Position numbers and translations under genes: made by a program. From IMG/VR virus record IMGVR_UViG_3300042566_000678, positions 1 through 64,000 of that record: a stretch of DNA of 64,000 nucleotides; one strand, 5' to 3'. The notes under the pieces are model-generated. The model saw nothing but the letters and a program-made list of their open reading frames with translations. It was not told where the DNA came from and searched no databases. Every line of letters begins with the position of its first letter. Within the stretch, counting starts at the first letter, position 1. This DNA is from a virus. This document shows positions 17,634-28,370 of this stretch, one piece after another.

Positions 17634-20600
17634 TTATAGAGAACCACTAATTTTTGCCTCTAATTCTTCTACTCTTTTATTTAAGTCTTGTACTACTTTA
17701 AGCATGGATGAAAATATAGATTGATAATATACACCATCTACACTTCCAGAATTATCATATATTACCCAATCCGTATAATTCAAATCAGCTACTTCTTCTG
17801 CTATAAGTCCTGCATGCAGTACATTAGAAACTGTTGTATCTTTATCTTTAAAAGATACAATATTCAAATCCAAAATTCTTTTTGCTGTTTCTAATGGTTG
17901 GGGGGTTATTTCTTTTTTATATTTTCTAGATGATGAAACCTTTTTTACATTACCAAGACCATCAACACCTAAAGTAGTTAAACCAGATGCCGAATATAAA
18001 AAATCAAATGATAATGAATCATCGCCTCCGCTACCTCCGGTATTTTGATACAATCGTATTCGTGGAGTAAACATTGCTTCTCGAAGTAGATAAGTAGAAA
18101 ATCCAAAGGGTTCAAAAACTATTTGACCACCATTACTTATTCTCAAATCACCACCGCTTAAACTTGCACCAGCTAGATTACCAGCAAAAGTTCCAGTTGC
18201 ACCTGTTATGTTTGCACCACTTAAATTTCCACTAAAAGTTCCACTCGCTCCCGTAATGTTACCAGTAAATGTACCACTACCATTTATAGAAAGTGTACTA
18301 CCATTAAAAGTTAATTTATCACCTAATGAAAAATTACCATTATTATCTACATAAAATCCAGTACCACCAGAACCAAATGTACCACCACCTATGTATATTC
18401 GTTTATTTACACCATCCAAAACAATTCCAGAACTACCTACTCTAAATTGTTCACTAAAATAACCAACCTGTCCACCAATTACAGGTGAATAAATAGTAGT
18501 AGAACTAATAAATGTACCTGAATATCCACCATTTGCTAATGATGCTACTTGTGCCGCTGCGTTATTAAATGCGGTATTTGATTTGTTTGTAGCATCGGTT
18601 GATGCAGCTGATATTGCCGCATTTCGTGCTGCATCTGATTTGTTAGTTGCATCACTAGATGCTACGGATACTGCGTTATTATATGCATTATTGGCTTTTG
18701 TAGTTGCATCTCCGGATGCAGTTGATATTGCACTATCACGCGCCGAATCGGCTTTTGATTGTGCACCACTTGTGGTTTCAGCATTACCACCCGTAACATT
18801 TATTGTACCCGTTATAGTTGCACTAGTTGCGGTTAATGCACCCGCCATACTTACTCTAAATGGTGCAGATGAAAATGTTGCATTTCCTAAATATATACCA
18901 TTGCTATCTGCTTTGAATATATTGTTACCACTACCAATTGAAATAGTACCTCCACTCAATGCCCCACTAAATGTACCCCCAGCTGCTGATAAATCGCCAC
19001 TAAATGTACCATTACCATTTATCGAAAGATTAGTACCATCAAATGTAAGTTTATCGGTTAGTGAGAATTTACCATCACTATCTAAATATACTTTTGTGTT
19101 TGTGTTGTTATATGTACCAGTTCCTATATAAATTCTACGAGTAGATGTGGTTGCATCCAATACAATTGAGTTTGGTGGTGCACCTACTGTGAATTTACCA
19201 CTAATGTAACCAGCCGTACCACCAATTACAGGTGCAAATACCGTTGTACCATCTATAAACGTACCACTAAATCCACCATCTGCCAATCTTTGTAGATTAT
19301 AAAATGATTGCGAAGTTGAAGTTGCAACACTTCTACTTACACTTTGAGACAATTCAGATACGGATTTTGAAATACTGCTTGTTAAACTTCCACTTAAACT
19401 AGCACTACCACTAAATACATCTTCAAAATACGAACCAGAAAAAGTATCAATAGCACCACTAACGGCTGTTATAGTAGTTGCTAATGTAGTTAAATTATCG
19501 TTACCACCAGTAAATGTTTTTGAAGCAGTAACTGCTACTGGAATGTAGTTATTATTTACATCGAAAAACTCAAATTTAAAGTTGAATGTTTCGTTTGATA
19601 TATTGGTTGGCATTGATACAATAAACGATACCTCATTTGGTGAGAATACCGTTTCCGCAGATGCTCTTAAACTAATATCTTTTAGAAACCAATTACCTTG
19701 CGTTTGTTTGAAATATAATGATGCAGTTGGTTCTGATTTTGGTAATGAGAATTGTGCTACATAATTTGTAAAATTACGAGTTGGAAATAATCCATTAATT
19801 GTATTTATCGTTCTATCACCATTTTGAGAACCACTTATGTGTATTTCTAAATTACTTTGAGATGAACCAGTATAAAAACCATCCAATGATAATTCATAAA
19901 CGGTAATATCACTTAAATCTAAAGATGATGTATATCTAAAATTACCACTTCCATTTAATCTAACTGCCGTTGAACCAGAAAATTGTGTTGTATCTAATGT
20001 TGCTGACAAGGAACCAGTATTCCAAAACTTTGAAAGTATTTGAGAATTAAAAACGCCGGTATCGGTTATTACACTACCAGTTGCTTCAAACGTTTGCAAT
20101 AATTCTTTTGCTTCAATTTGAATATCTTGTATTAATTCAAAATCACTAACCGTACCTTCCGATGTACGATACACCTTTACCCGTTTTACATCACCTGCGA
20201 ATGTTTCTAAACGAGATAGTTTTATGTTTGCATATGAAGCGGTAATGGCAGATGCGGATACCGATGAACCAGATACACTATAAATTGGTTTTAATAATTC
20301 GGTAATTGTTGCTTGTGGTCTTCTAAAGAAACGAACACGTGTTGTGTTTGCTAATGTTGGGTTTATATTTGCTTGCCCAATATATCTAACATTATATTTA
20401 CCCTTCCATATTTCAGGTACTTCAGTTTTACTACCATTATTATCGTAAAACTTTAACTCCCCTAAAATTGTAATTGTACAAGGACCGAATGCGGTTGAGT
20501 CAATTGCTTGTTCTACACTATCCGATGGATAAACATAAACTGCTATAACCTTTGATATACCTTCATAGTATTCAGGTAAACCATCTGAACTTTCTGTGTA

Positions 20601-20816
20601 AACAACTTTACCATTTGAATCTTTAATCTGAACTAACACTTCTGTGTTTGGTTCTAAATAATCAGTACCCGCTATTAAGAACGCATTTTTACCACCCGTA
20701 AAAGTATCGGGTAATTCGGTAAGATTAAAATATTGTGAAGTTACTCTCCTATCTTCAAGAAATACCGATTTTAATTCTAGTTGATTATCAGGTGCAACTT
20801 TAACTTCTACTGCCAT
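17634..20816 (-). CDS. tail fibre/spike with C-terminal intramolecular chaperone (peptidase S74-like)
   Basis: G/S/T-rich beta repeats; SSSRKYKKEI..GLIAEEV..LNKRVEELE C-terminus. Confidence 0.85.
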   Translation of the reverse strand: MAVEVKVAPDNQLELKSVFLEDRRVTSQYFNLTELPDTFTGGKNAFLIAGTDYLEPNTEVLVQIKDSNGKVVYTESSDGLPEYYEGISKVIAVYVYPSDSVEQAIDSTAFGPCTITILGELKFYDNNGSKTEVPEIWKGKYNVRYIGQANINPTLANTTRVRFFRRPQATITELLKPIYSVSGSSVSASAITASYANIKLSRLETFAGDVKRVKVYRTSEGTVSDFELIQDIQIEAKELLQTFEATGSVITDTGVFNSQILSKFWNTGSLSATLDTTQFSGSTAVRLNGSGNFRYTSSLDLSDITVYELSLDGFYTGSSQSNLEIHISGSQNGDRTINTINGLFPTRNFTNYVAQFSLPKSEPTASLYFKQTQGNWFLKDISLRASAETVFSPNEVSFIVSMPTNISNETFNFKFEFFDVNNNYIPVAVTASKTFTGGNDNLTTLATTITAVSGAIDTFSGSYFEDVFSGSASLSGSLTSSISKSVSELSQSVSRSVATSTSQSFYNLQRLADGGFSGTFIDGTTVFAPVIGGTAGYISGKFTVGAPPNSIVLDATTSTRRIYIGTGTYNNTNTKVYLDSDGKFSLTDKLTFDGTNLSINGNGTFSGDLSAAGGTFSGALSGGTISIGSGNNIFKADSNGIYLGNATFSSAPFRVSMAGALTATSATITGTINVTGGNAETTSGAQSKADSARDSAISTASGDATTKANNAYNNAVSVASSDATNKSDAARNAAISAASTDATNKSNTAFNNAAAQVASLANGGYSGTFISSTTIYSPVIGGQVGYFSEQFRVGSSGIVLDGVNKRIYIGGGTFGSGGTGFYVDNNGNFSLGDKLTFNGSTLSINGSGTFTGNITGASGTFSGNLSGANITGATGTFAGNLAGASLSGGDLRISNGGQIVFEPFGFSTYLLREAMFTPRIRLYQNTGGSGGDDSLSFDFLYSASGLTTLGVDGLGNVKKVSSSRKYKKEITPQPLETAKRILDLNIVSFKDKDTTVSNVLHAGLIAEEVADLNYTDWVIYDNSGSVDGVYYQSIFSSMLKVVQDLNKRVEELEAKISGSL

Positions 20817-20862
20817 ATTGTAGGATATTCTTTTATATAAATATCCTACTTATGGTTTTTTG

Positions 20863-23800
20863 TTATTTGTGTGAGATTTTTGAGTATCCGTTTTCCTTTT
20901 TGATTTCCACCAAAGTATCTACCACATCTCTAATCTGGTCTAAATGGGAAATGATTGTTACAAAATCAAATTGAGTTTTAAGGTACTGAAACAATAGGAA
21001 TGTTGATTGCAGGTTTTCACCATCTAATGTTCCAAATCCTTCATCCAATACTAAAAAGTTAGGACGAGGTAAGTTACATACATTAATAAGTGCAACCCTA
21101 ATTGCCAACCCACTAATGAACTTCTCCATACCACTACACATCTCCAATCCCCATTCTTGGTCTTCATATACAATGTTAGCAGTTATGTTCTTCCCATCCA
21201 TTGTTAAAGTAATACCAAAATCTACAATCTGTGATAGGATATTATTTACCTCACCTTCGATTACAGGTAATGATTTAGCAATCAAATCGTAAGATACACC
21301 ATCTCTTTTTACTGCATCTAAATAGAAATCGTATGTTACATATTTTTCTTCCAACTCACTTGCTTCTTCGATTTTTTGGTACATACCAGCAATCTTTTCT
21401 AGCAATCTAGAGCTTGAACCAGTTATTGACAACATTTCTTTTTGTACGGAGGCAATACCTTTATCAGCAATTTCAATATTACCTTTAGCAATATCAATAT
21501 CTTTTTGAAGAACTTTATTGTTTTTGATTGTAGCTTCATTTTCGTGATACCTTTGTATTAAAGTTTCAATGTTCTGTAACTCAAGTTCAGCTGCTTGCTT
21601 TTTACTTTCATATGATTTAATATCAACTACTAATTTTTCAGCACTCAACTTACCTTTATCAAACTTTTGTTTAAATGATGTGTATTCATTATAATTATCA
21701 ACTACACCATTCAATTGCTCTAATTTATATAAAGTTTTTGCGTAGTTTTTTTCTAACTCATCTAATACAATCTTTTGACTACGAACTTCTTCTTCCGTTT
21801 TTTGTGCATCCTTTACGAATACATTATTCATACAGAAATTACAATTTGGGTCATACTCATGCTCTGCCAAATGTACCAACTTTTCCTCATTCTTTTCCAA
21901 CGAAATTTTACACTTTTCAATTGAGTGCAAAGATGATGTTTGTAAAGATGCTAAACGAATATAATCTGTGTGTGCAGTTTCAATATCTGTATCACCAAAT
22001 GTTGCCAACTCATTTATACTTTGTGAGATTTGAATTAAAGCATCTTTGAATTGTTCTAATTGTTCCAACTTTTTAGATTCATCATTTTTAAGTTGCTGTA
22101 TTTTATCTAACTGATTTTGTTTCTTATTATCCAACACATCAATATCCACAATACTAGCATCTACTGCCACCAATTGTTGTGTAAGTTTTAATAGGGTATT
22201 GTTGTGTTCTAAACGACTTTCAGTTAGTTCTTCGTACTTTCTCTCCTCAATCGAATAACTATCGTTTAGAGCCACTACTTTTAACTCGTCATTAGCCAAT
22301 TCCGTTGTGAAATCATTTGATTTAAATTTCTTTAATAAAATTTGAACTTCTTTGATGTCTTCCAATGCATGAGCGTATAATTTATCAAACACATTTATTC
22401 CCATAAATTGTGCCAATAAATCTTTTCTTTCTGATTGAGATTTATCAATGAACAAAGCGTTGTTTCCTTGTAAAGATAAAGCGGTTAATACAAAATCTTC
22501 ATAAGTACCCAAATATTGTGAGATGTTTTTGTTTGTATCTCTACGTTCTGTTCCGTTTAATAAGATTTGTTGTCCATCTACCTCTTTCCAAAACTGAACA
22601 TCTACTTTTACATTTGTTCCTTTTGAGTTTTGGTGTGCGGTTCTTTCGATAAAGAAATCCTCATCGTTAATTTGGAAATGTAATTTACATTTGAAATTAG
22701 ATTTACGATTGTTTAATATAGCAGATGCTCTAAATGCTCTACTACATTTATCAAATGCGCAGAATGATACTGCATCAAAGATAGATGATTTACCACTTGC
22801 ATTCGGTGCAAATAGACCAATTACACCATTTAACTTTGTGAAATCAATAACATTATCTTCTCCATATGAGAACATATTTGAAAACTCAAATTTAATAGGT
22901 TTCCATACAATGTTTTTAGCCAAATCTTCATCTGTAAGTCTTTTGTTTAATTCTGTGTTTAATGATTTAACATTTGCAAGGTTGTGTGCATCAATTGAAA
23001 ATGAACGTACTAAATAATCTTCAATCAAACTGTTTTGATAATCTACATCGTTAATATCGCCAACATTAATTTTACCATCTCTAACACCATTACGGAGTTT
23101 AGATAAACTGTCTGTTTTAGTAATCGTAAATTCATCAACATTATATTTCTTTTTAATTTCAGTAGTAACCCGCTTCATATCTCCAACATCCGTATTGGAT
23201 ACATAGACACGAAGACGTGGTTTTTTAGGCATATCCGTTACAATAGGAACTATACCATTATCAACGTGTAATGTGTAGTAACCATAATCGTTTGGAATAT
23301 CAACGTAAGTAGGAGTCAAAGTTTCAACATCCCAAATAGCATACCCGTGATTTTCTAATGCTTCACCATGTGATTGCTGAATAAGAGAACCCGGATAAAC
23401 TACAATTGGATTTGATTGTTTAACAGTTTGACGTTTATGAATATCACCTAATAAAGCTGCATCATATCCTTCAAAAATATCTGTGGTAAAATTACGAGAG
23501 CTGATAACGTATCCAATATCTGTTTGGGATTTATCAATAGGTCCGTGGAAAAGTGCTATCTTAACATCACCTTGAATATCAGTTCCTTTTGGCCAATTCT
23601 CTTTCTTATCAAAGATACTGAATACACCAAATGTAATATTATGAACTTTAACTACATCGGTATCTCGTAGGTAATATAAATTAGGCAGATTAAGTCCATC
23701 TACGATTGGAGATAAAGCATCCAATCTGTGGATATTATTTAAATTACAATCGTGATTACCTGCGATTAAGAATGTAGGACATAATTCTGAACACTCTCTT

Positions 23801-24030
23801 AAAAAAGCTGAAATCTCTTTTACTAATTCGGGTGATAATTCCAATTTAGCATGAGCTATATCCCCAGCTAAATAAATTATTGCATCCTCTGTACCACGTT
23901 GCTTAATATCTGAATATAATTTTTGGAACACTTCCTTATATTCTTCATGTCTCTTCAAATTGCGAATGTGGACATCTGCAATATGATAAATGGTCTTAAT
24001 TTTCTTAAAACCTAAATCTATATTTCTCAT
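20863..24030 (-). CDS. fused Mre11/SbcD nuclease and Rad50/SbcC ATPase (gp47-gp46 fusion)
   Basis: HIADVH, LAGD, GNHD, LGDIH; then APNASGKSS Walker A, coiled coil with CNFC hook, CSGME signature and LVLDEG Walker B in one frame. Confidence 0.92.
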   Translation of the reverse strand: MRNIDLGFKKIKTIYHIADVHIRNLKRHEEYKEVFQKLYSDIKQRGTEDAIIYLAGDIAHAKLELSPELVKEISAFLRECSELCPTFLIAGNHDCNLNNIHRLDALSPIVDGLNLPNLYYLRDTDVVKVHNITFGVFSIFDKKENWPKGTDIQGDVKIALFHGPIDKSQTDIGYVISSRNFTTDIFEGYDAALLGDIHKRQTVKQSNPIVVYPGSLIQQSHGEALENHGYAIWDVETLTPTYVDIPNDYGYYTLHVDNGIVPIVTDMPKKPRLRVYVSNTDVGDMKRVTTEIKKKYNVDEFTITKTDSLSKLRNGVRDGKINVGDINDVDYQNSLIEDYLVRSFSIDAHNLANVKSLNTELNKRLTDEDLAKNIVWKPIKFEFSNMFSYGEDNVIDFTKLNGVIGLFAPNASGKSSIFDAVSFCAFDKCSRAFRASAILNNRKSNFKCKLHFQINDEDFFIERTAHQNSKGTNVKVDVQFWKEVDGQQILLNGTERRDTNKNISQYLGTYEDFVLTALSLQGNNALFIDKSQSERKDLLAQFMGINVFDKLYAHALEDIKEVQILLKKFKSNDFTTELANDELKVVALNDSYSIEERKYEELTESRLEHNNTLLKLTQQLVAVDASIVDIDVLDNKKQNQLDKIQQLKNDESKKLEQLEQFKDALIQISQSINELATFGDTDIETAHTDYIRLASLQTSSLHSIEKCKISLEKNEEKLVHLAEHEYDPNCNFCMNNVFVKDAQKTEEEVRSQKIVLDELEKNYAKTLYKLEQLNGVVDNYNEYTSFKQKFDKGKLSAEKLVVDIKSYESKKQAAELELQNIETLIQRYHENEATIKNNKVLQKDIDIAKGNIEIADKGIASVQKEMLSITGSSSRLLEKIAGMYQKIEEASELEEKYVTYDFYLDAVKRDGVSYDLIAKSLPVIEGEVNNILSQIVDFGITLTMDGKNITANIVYEDQEWGLEMCSGMEKFISGLAIRVALINVCNLPRPNFLVLDEGFGTLDGENLQSTFLLFQYLKTQFDFVTIISHLDQIRDVVDTLVEIKKENGYSKISHK

Positions 24031-25016
24031 TTAATAAAAGATAGTTTCTGTTTAATTAAACTTTCAAAACTCAAAGTTACGGAATTTTTTTGATATATCA
24101 AAATATCTTTGAACTTTAATTCCCCAGCATCCTTTTCCTGAAAGTCTATTAACTTTATTGTTGGTATTATTGTATTATACTTTTCGTAAATCTTTAAAGA
24201 ATCTTGTTTCGCATCATTATCCAATGCAATTACCATTTCTTTAACTTCTCCATCAGCTACCCTCTTTTTAATTTCAGTATCTAACTTTCTTGGTACAAAT
24301 TTACCAAACAAAGGAATAGCGTTACGTTTTAAAGCAATAGCATCAAATGCCCCTTCACATAATGTAATTGGTTCACTCCAATCTATTTGGTTTTCAAAAG
24401 CAATAATATTTTTACTTACTGGTGGGTTTTTGTATTTGTATTTACTTTGTGGGTCAATATGCCTTGCGATAAAGTAATTCAGCATCCCATCTTTATCATA
24501 TGATGGAATAATAACTCTATCCTTATACATACCCTCCGATGTAAATCCAATATTATATTTAATAATTTCTTTCTTACCCAATCCCCTACCCTTTAGATAT
24601 TGAATAGCATGCCCTTCTATTGGATTAGTAACATTTGGTTTTAATTCCAAAGCCGATTTGAAACCCGGAGGTAATGATAAGTACACATGGTTTTCATTAT
24701 CTTCTTCCTCATACGTTTCCCACATATCTAAAAACTGCGCATTCAGTGTCTTATCTGAACTCATAGCTGCTTTTAGTTTTGTATTGGACTCACCAAAGAT
24801 TATTTGTAAATCATCTGTATTCATACCAATACGTTTTGCCAGATATGTTATACTACCACCAGAATTACATACCCAACAATGGAACTTATTTGTTCTTGTA
24901 TTGACTTGTAGCTTTGGTTTGTGGTGATGACAGAATGGACAATGGAAAGCGTGCTCATCTTTTTTAAGAGTGAGAGAACCACCTAAATACTTTTGGAAAA
25001 GACTTATTAACTGCAT
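24027..25016 (-). CDS. DNA primase (gp61/DnaG-like)
   Basis: CPFC..CWVC zinc finger, YLKGRG, RVIIP, KYKNP, TOPRIM EGAFD and LDND. Confidence 0.92.
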   Translation of the reverse strand: MQLISLFQKYLGGSLTLKKDEHAFHCPFCHHHKPKLQVNTRTNKFHCWVCNSGGSITYLAKRIGMNTDDLQIIFGESNTKLKAAMSSDKTLNAQFLDMWETYEEEDNENHVYLSLPPGFKSALELKPNVTNPIEGHAIQYLKGRGLGKKEIIKYNIGFTSEGMYKDRVIIPSYDKDGMLNYFIARHIDPQSKYKYKNPPVSKNIIAFENQIDWSEPITLCEGAFDAIALKRNAIPLFGKFVPRKLDTEIKKRVADGEVKEMVIALDNDAKQDSLKIYEKYNTIIPTIKLIDFQEKDAGELKFKDILIYQKNSVTLSFESLIKQKLSFIK

Positions 25017-25020
25017 AAGT

Positions 25021-25055
25021 CAAATATACGAAATTATTTTTGTAATTCCTAATTT
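25021..25055 (-). promoter_or_regulatory. Bacteroidota-type primary-sigma promoter (primase)
   Basis: Sense ttaggaattacaaaaataatttcgTATATTTG; -7 box at 25021-25028, 4 nt before the ATG. Confidence 0.75.
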
Positions 25056-25057
25056 AT

Positions 25058-25465
25058 TTACTCATTTATCCAAGAATCAGGAATAAGTTTATCGGCATAC
25101 TTAAAACCATTCTTAACACACCAATCGGCGTAAGTTGTTTTAGATGCTTTACTAATTTTGTTTTTGGATGATGTGAATACAAAACGAATATCCAAATTAG
25201 GATGTTGTTGTTTGATTAGTAAATGTTTCTTCCTATCGGACAATACAAATCTACCTTTGGTTTCAATTATAATACCATTGGGCAATTTAAAATCAGGAAG
25301 ATATTTGTGATTTGTAGCAGGAACTATATATGGAATTATATTATCCTTACTTTCGTATTGAGTAACTATTCCATTAGATGTGAGTTGGTTAGAAACAACT
25401 TCTTCCAACCCACTTCTAAATCCATTTTTTATTGCTGTACCTTTGTAACTTTTCTTTTTGGCCAA
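25058..25465 (-). CDS. T7 endonuclease I-like Holliday junction resolvase
   Basis: FRSGLEE..YLPDFKLPNGIIIETKGRF..DRKKHLLIKQQHP.LDIRFVF..TYADWC; TTG start. Confidence 0.92.
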   Translation of the reverse strand: MAKKKSYKGTAIKNGFRSGLEEVVSNQLTSNGIVTQYESKDNIIPYIVPATNHKYLPDFKLPNGIIIETKGRFVLSDRKKHLLIKQQHPNLDIRFVFTSSKNKISKASKTTYADWCVKNGFKYADKLIPDSWINE

Positions 25466-25472
25466 AACTTTA

Positions 25473-25760
25473 TTATTTATTTACTCCTTGGCTATATTTT
25501 TTACCAATAGGGTAGGTTGATTTTTCAGCTGAATGTGTTCTAACTGCAATTAATATATCATCATCTAGAACCATACCAGATTTATCTTTTGTCATATGTG
25601 GTATAAACCCATTTACTGCAATTTTTCCACCAACCATTGGTTTAATAAAATCAACTGCTTGCTTATCTGCGTCTTTTGCGCTTTCACCACTGCGTCCACC
25701 GAATGTTGTATTTTTTTCGTATGTATCTAAAATACTACCTTTCCAAGATACTGATGCCAT
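25473..25760 (-). CDS. hypothetical late protein
   Basis: 95 aa; late-type motif at 25786-25793 and SD-like AAAAGGAG at 25771-25778. Confidence 0.6.
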   Translation of the reverse strand: MASVSWKGSILDTYEKNTTFGGRSGESAKDADKQAVDFIKPMVGGKIAVNGFIPHMTKDKSGMVLDDDILIAVRTHSAEKSTYPIGKKYSQGVNK

Positions 25761-25806
25761 AATTATTGTTCTCCTTTTATATAATATAAATATATAGTAT
25801 TATTTT

Positions 25807-27051
25807 TTAAGTATCTATTCTAACAATAAAGTTTACCGGAAAATCTGGTAGTGATTTTATTGGTCTACCCAATTTAGCTACTGCAACCATTGTCATTGAG
25901 TCATCATATAAACCAATTGTTGTTATATATGGTGCAAGATATGAACCCGTTGGGTCTATTGATGATGAAACTTCGTAATCACCAAACCCACCTTTAACTG
26001 AACCACTGTACATGGATGTTATGTTGTAATCCAATTCAGTACCATCTGATAATGTACTTTTCTTTTTAATGTACTTTACACCATCTATATGATATTTGTA
26101 TGTATAGGTATTCTTATCATTTGATGTAGAACTAAAATCAAATATAGATGCTGATGCTATTGTTCCACCAATTTCTACTATCGCAGTTGGGTTTGTAGAT
26201 ACGTTAAATTCATCTTCACCAACTATAATATAATATTCGTTTTCATATATTGTGTTCGTACCTTTATATTCTAATTTAAAATTAGCCACTTCGGTTTCAA
26301 AATCTGTACTCTTTGTTAAAGTAATTATACCATGCTCATAACTAACATTACCAACAACATTCTTTGCATATTTAAATTGCGTAATGTTTGCTTCGGTTTC
26401 AACTTTTCCTATATCATAAAGTTCCGAGTCACTTCCATCGCCATCACCAGATGTTAATTTAAATACTATAAATCCACTATCACCAAAATCGGTTTGAACT
26501 ACTAAAATTTGAGTATCCGCATCAAATGAAACAATTGTTAAATCAATAATATTAGTACCATCGCTAATTTGAAATTGTGATGTTTGTAGGTTTAAAACCA
26601 ATACATCAAATATTTCTTTACTACTTAATAGATTACCATACCCATCATCAACTATTAATTTTGGAGATTCCGTTTCTAAACTATCAATATCGGTTAGTGT
26701 TATTGATTTTGGTTTTATTTCTTCACCATAGTGATTCTGTGGTAGTGTAAATACAACGCATTTAGCACCCAACACCCGTTTGCCATAGGTAGTGGTATCT
26801 ATTACATAATCTGGTATTTCTCTACTATATGTTCTTAATGGATTGTAAACTTGGTCATAATACATTCTATGTACTTGATGCCATAGTGAATGTAAAAACA
26901 ATTCGTTAGAAGTCAAAGTATGCTCCGGAGCATATTTATTTTCAGCCAAATATCTATTATAACCACTACCACTATCCGCATTAGTTGCGGTGTATGATTT
27001 ATAGACCTTAAATGGTCTTATACTAATATCACTTTTAGGTATTTTCTTCAT
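25807..27051 (-). CDS. tail/baseplate structural protein (paralog of 27122-28348)
   Basis: Shared C-terminal EFN.S.NPT..YIT.IGLY.D....AVAK...PI motif. Confidence 0.65.
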   Translation of the reverse strand: MKKIPKSDISIRPFKVYKSYTATNADSGSGYNRYLAENKYAPEHTLTSNELFLHSLWHQVHRMYYDQVYNPLRTYSREIPDYVIDTTTYGKRVLGAKCVVFTLPQNHYGEEIKPKSITLTDIDSLETESPKLIVDDGYGNLLSSKEIFDVLVLNLQTSQFQISDGTNIIDLTIVSFDADTQILVVQTDFGDSGFIVFKLTSGDGDGSDSELYDIGKVETEANITQFKYAKNVVGNVSYEHGIITLTKSTDFETEVANFKLEYKGTNTIYENEYYIIVGEDEFNVSTNPTAIVEIGGTIASASIFDFSSTSNDKNTYTYKYHIDGVKYIKKKSTLSDGTELDYNITSMYSGSVKGGFGDYEVSSSIDPTGSYLAPYITTIGLYDDSMTMVAVAKLGRPIKSLPDFPVNFIVRIDT

Positions 27052-27067
27052 CTATAATAAATATAAT

Positions 27068-27100
27068 AAAAAGAAAAACCCATCTTTTTGGGATGGGTTC
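27068..27100 (-). terminator. intrinsic terminator
   Basis: Stem AACCCATC/GATGGGTT followed by a T-tract on the minus strand. Confidence 0.75.
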
Positions 27101-27121
27101 AACTCTTATAGTTTGTTTAGA

Positions 27122-28348
27122 TTAGAAATCTAATTTAACTTTTAATACTAATTCTTTTGAAAATGATTTTTCGATTGGTTTAGAAGTTTTTGCTACTGCT
27201 AATAATTCGTTTGCATCATTGTAAAGACCGATTGATGTAATATACGCCTTTGGGTCTGTTTTGAAAGTATCTTGTGAGAAAGAACCTTGTGAACCACTTG
27301 TGTAAGTTGGGTTGTTTGAGTAGTTAAACTCTCTGTTAAACACTCTTACAAAGTAGTGTGATGTAGAAACGTTTTCTGTTCTTCTAGCTTCGAAATCTGC
27401 ACCACCTTTAATTGCGTTGAACAATCTTCTATGGTTAAATTCATAAGAAATATAAGAACCAGATGGTGTTAATTCAGAACCAACTGCTGCTGTTAATGCT
27501 CTAGGGTTTAATAAGATAATACCTTGCTCTGGATAGAACTTACCAAATCCAGCTAAATTAGAAGCAGTTACGCTTGTAATAGTTGCTGGGCTATTAGTTC
27601 CTAAATTTAATGAACCAGAAACCATATTAAATTCTCTTACACCATAGTTGGTTTGGAAATCGAATTTTTGTCCACTATCATCAATTAAAGTAATTGTACC
27701 AGCTGAACCAGATAATGTCAATGAGATATTACCCGCGTCCATTCTTTCTCTGTATCTTGCACGAGAAACGTTAATGATATAAACATCATCACTTTCCAAT
27801 CCATCAGCTACACTTCCACTATAAAACTTAAATTTAGGTGCAAGTCCATCTAATAAAAGAGAACGATATTGTACATACGTTGCTTTTGTTGGTAAAGTTG
27901 AAATATCATTTGCTGCCAAATTAGGAGCTCCAGCACCACTAATGTGTCCGTATGCTACTGCGAACTCAACTTCTGCACTTGCAGTTGTTGCGCTTCCGTA
28001 AATATTATAGTAATACTCATCCGTAGCTGAACCACTTTGCCCTGCTACTGCCGGTGTTGAACCAGTAAAGAATGTAGTTAAACTACCATCTCCACTACTC
28101 CATAATCCAGTTGTTACTATTTCATTCTGTGCAGTTACAATATCAGTTGTATTAAATTGCTTGTAGATTGAGTTTGTAACAACACCAGTTTCAGTTACTA
28201 ATTGTTCACCTGTTGTTAAATATCTGTTAATGATACCAGCCAATTGAGTTGTATCTAATGAACCGTTAGCTGTTTGCCTTTGTGCATTTAGATACTGTGC
28301 TAAATCGTTGATAAGTTGGGTACCTGTATTTTGTCCTAAAGTTGCCAT
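27122..28348 (-). CDS. tail/baseplate structural protein
   Basis: S/T/G-rich; C-terminal ITSIGLYNDANELLAVAK resembles the second half of the P2 gpH-type collar domain. Confidence 0.65.
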   Translation of the reverse strand: MATLGQNTGTQLINDLAQYLNAQRQTANGSLDTTQLAGIINRYLTTGEQLVTETGVVTNSIYKQFNTTDIVTAQNEIVTTGLWSSGDGSLTTFFTGSTPAVAGQSGSATDEYYYNIYGSATTASAEVEFAVAYGHISGAGAPNLAANDISTLPTKATYVQYRSLLLDGLAPKFKFYSGSVADGLESDDVYIINVSRARYRERMDAGNISLTLSGSAGTITLIDDSGQKFDFQTNYGVREFNMVSGSLNLGTNSPATITSVTASNLAGFGKFYPEQGIILLNPRALTAAVGSELTPSGSYISYEFNHRRLFNAIKGGADFEARRTENVSTSHYFVRVFNREFNYSNNPTYTSGSQGSFSQDTFKTDPKAYITSIGLYNDANELLAVAKTSKPIEKSFSKELVLKVKLDF

Positions 28349-28370
28349 ATTTTTTTATTATCCAATTTTA

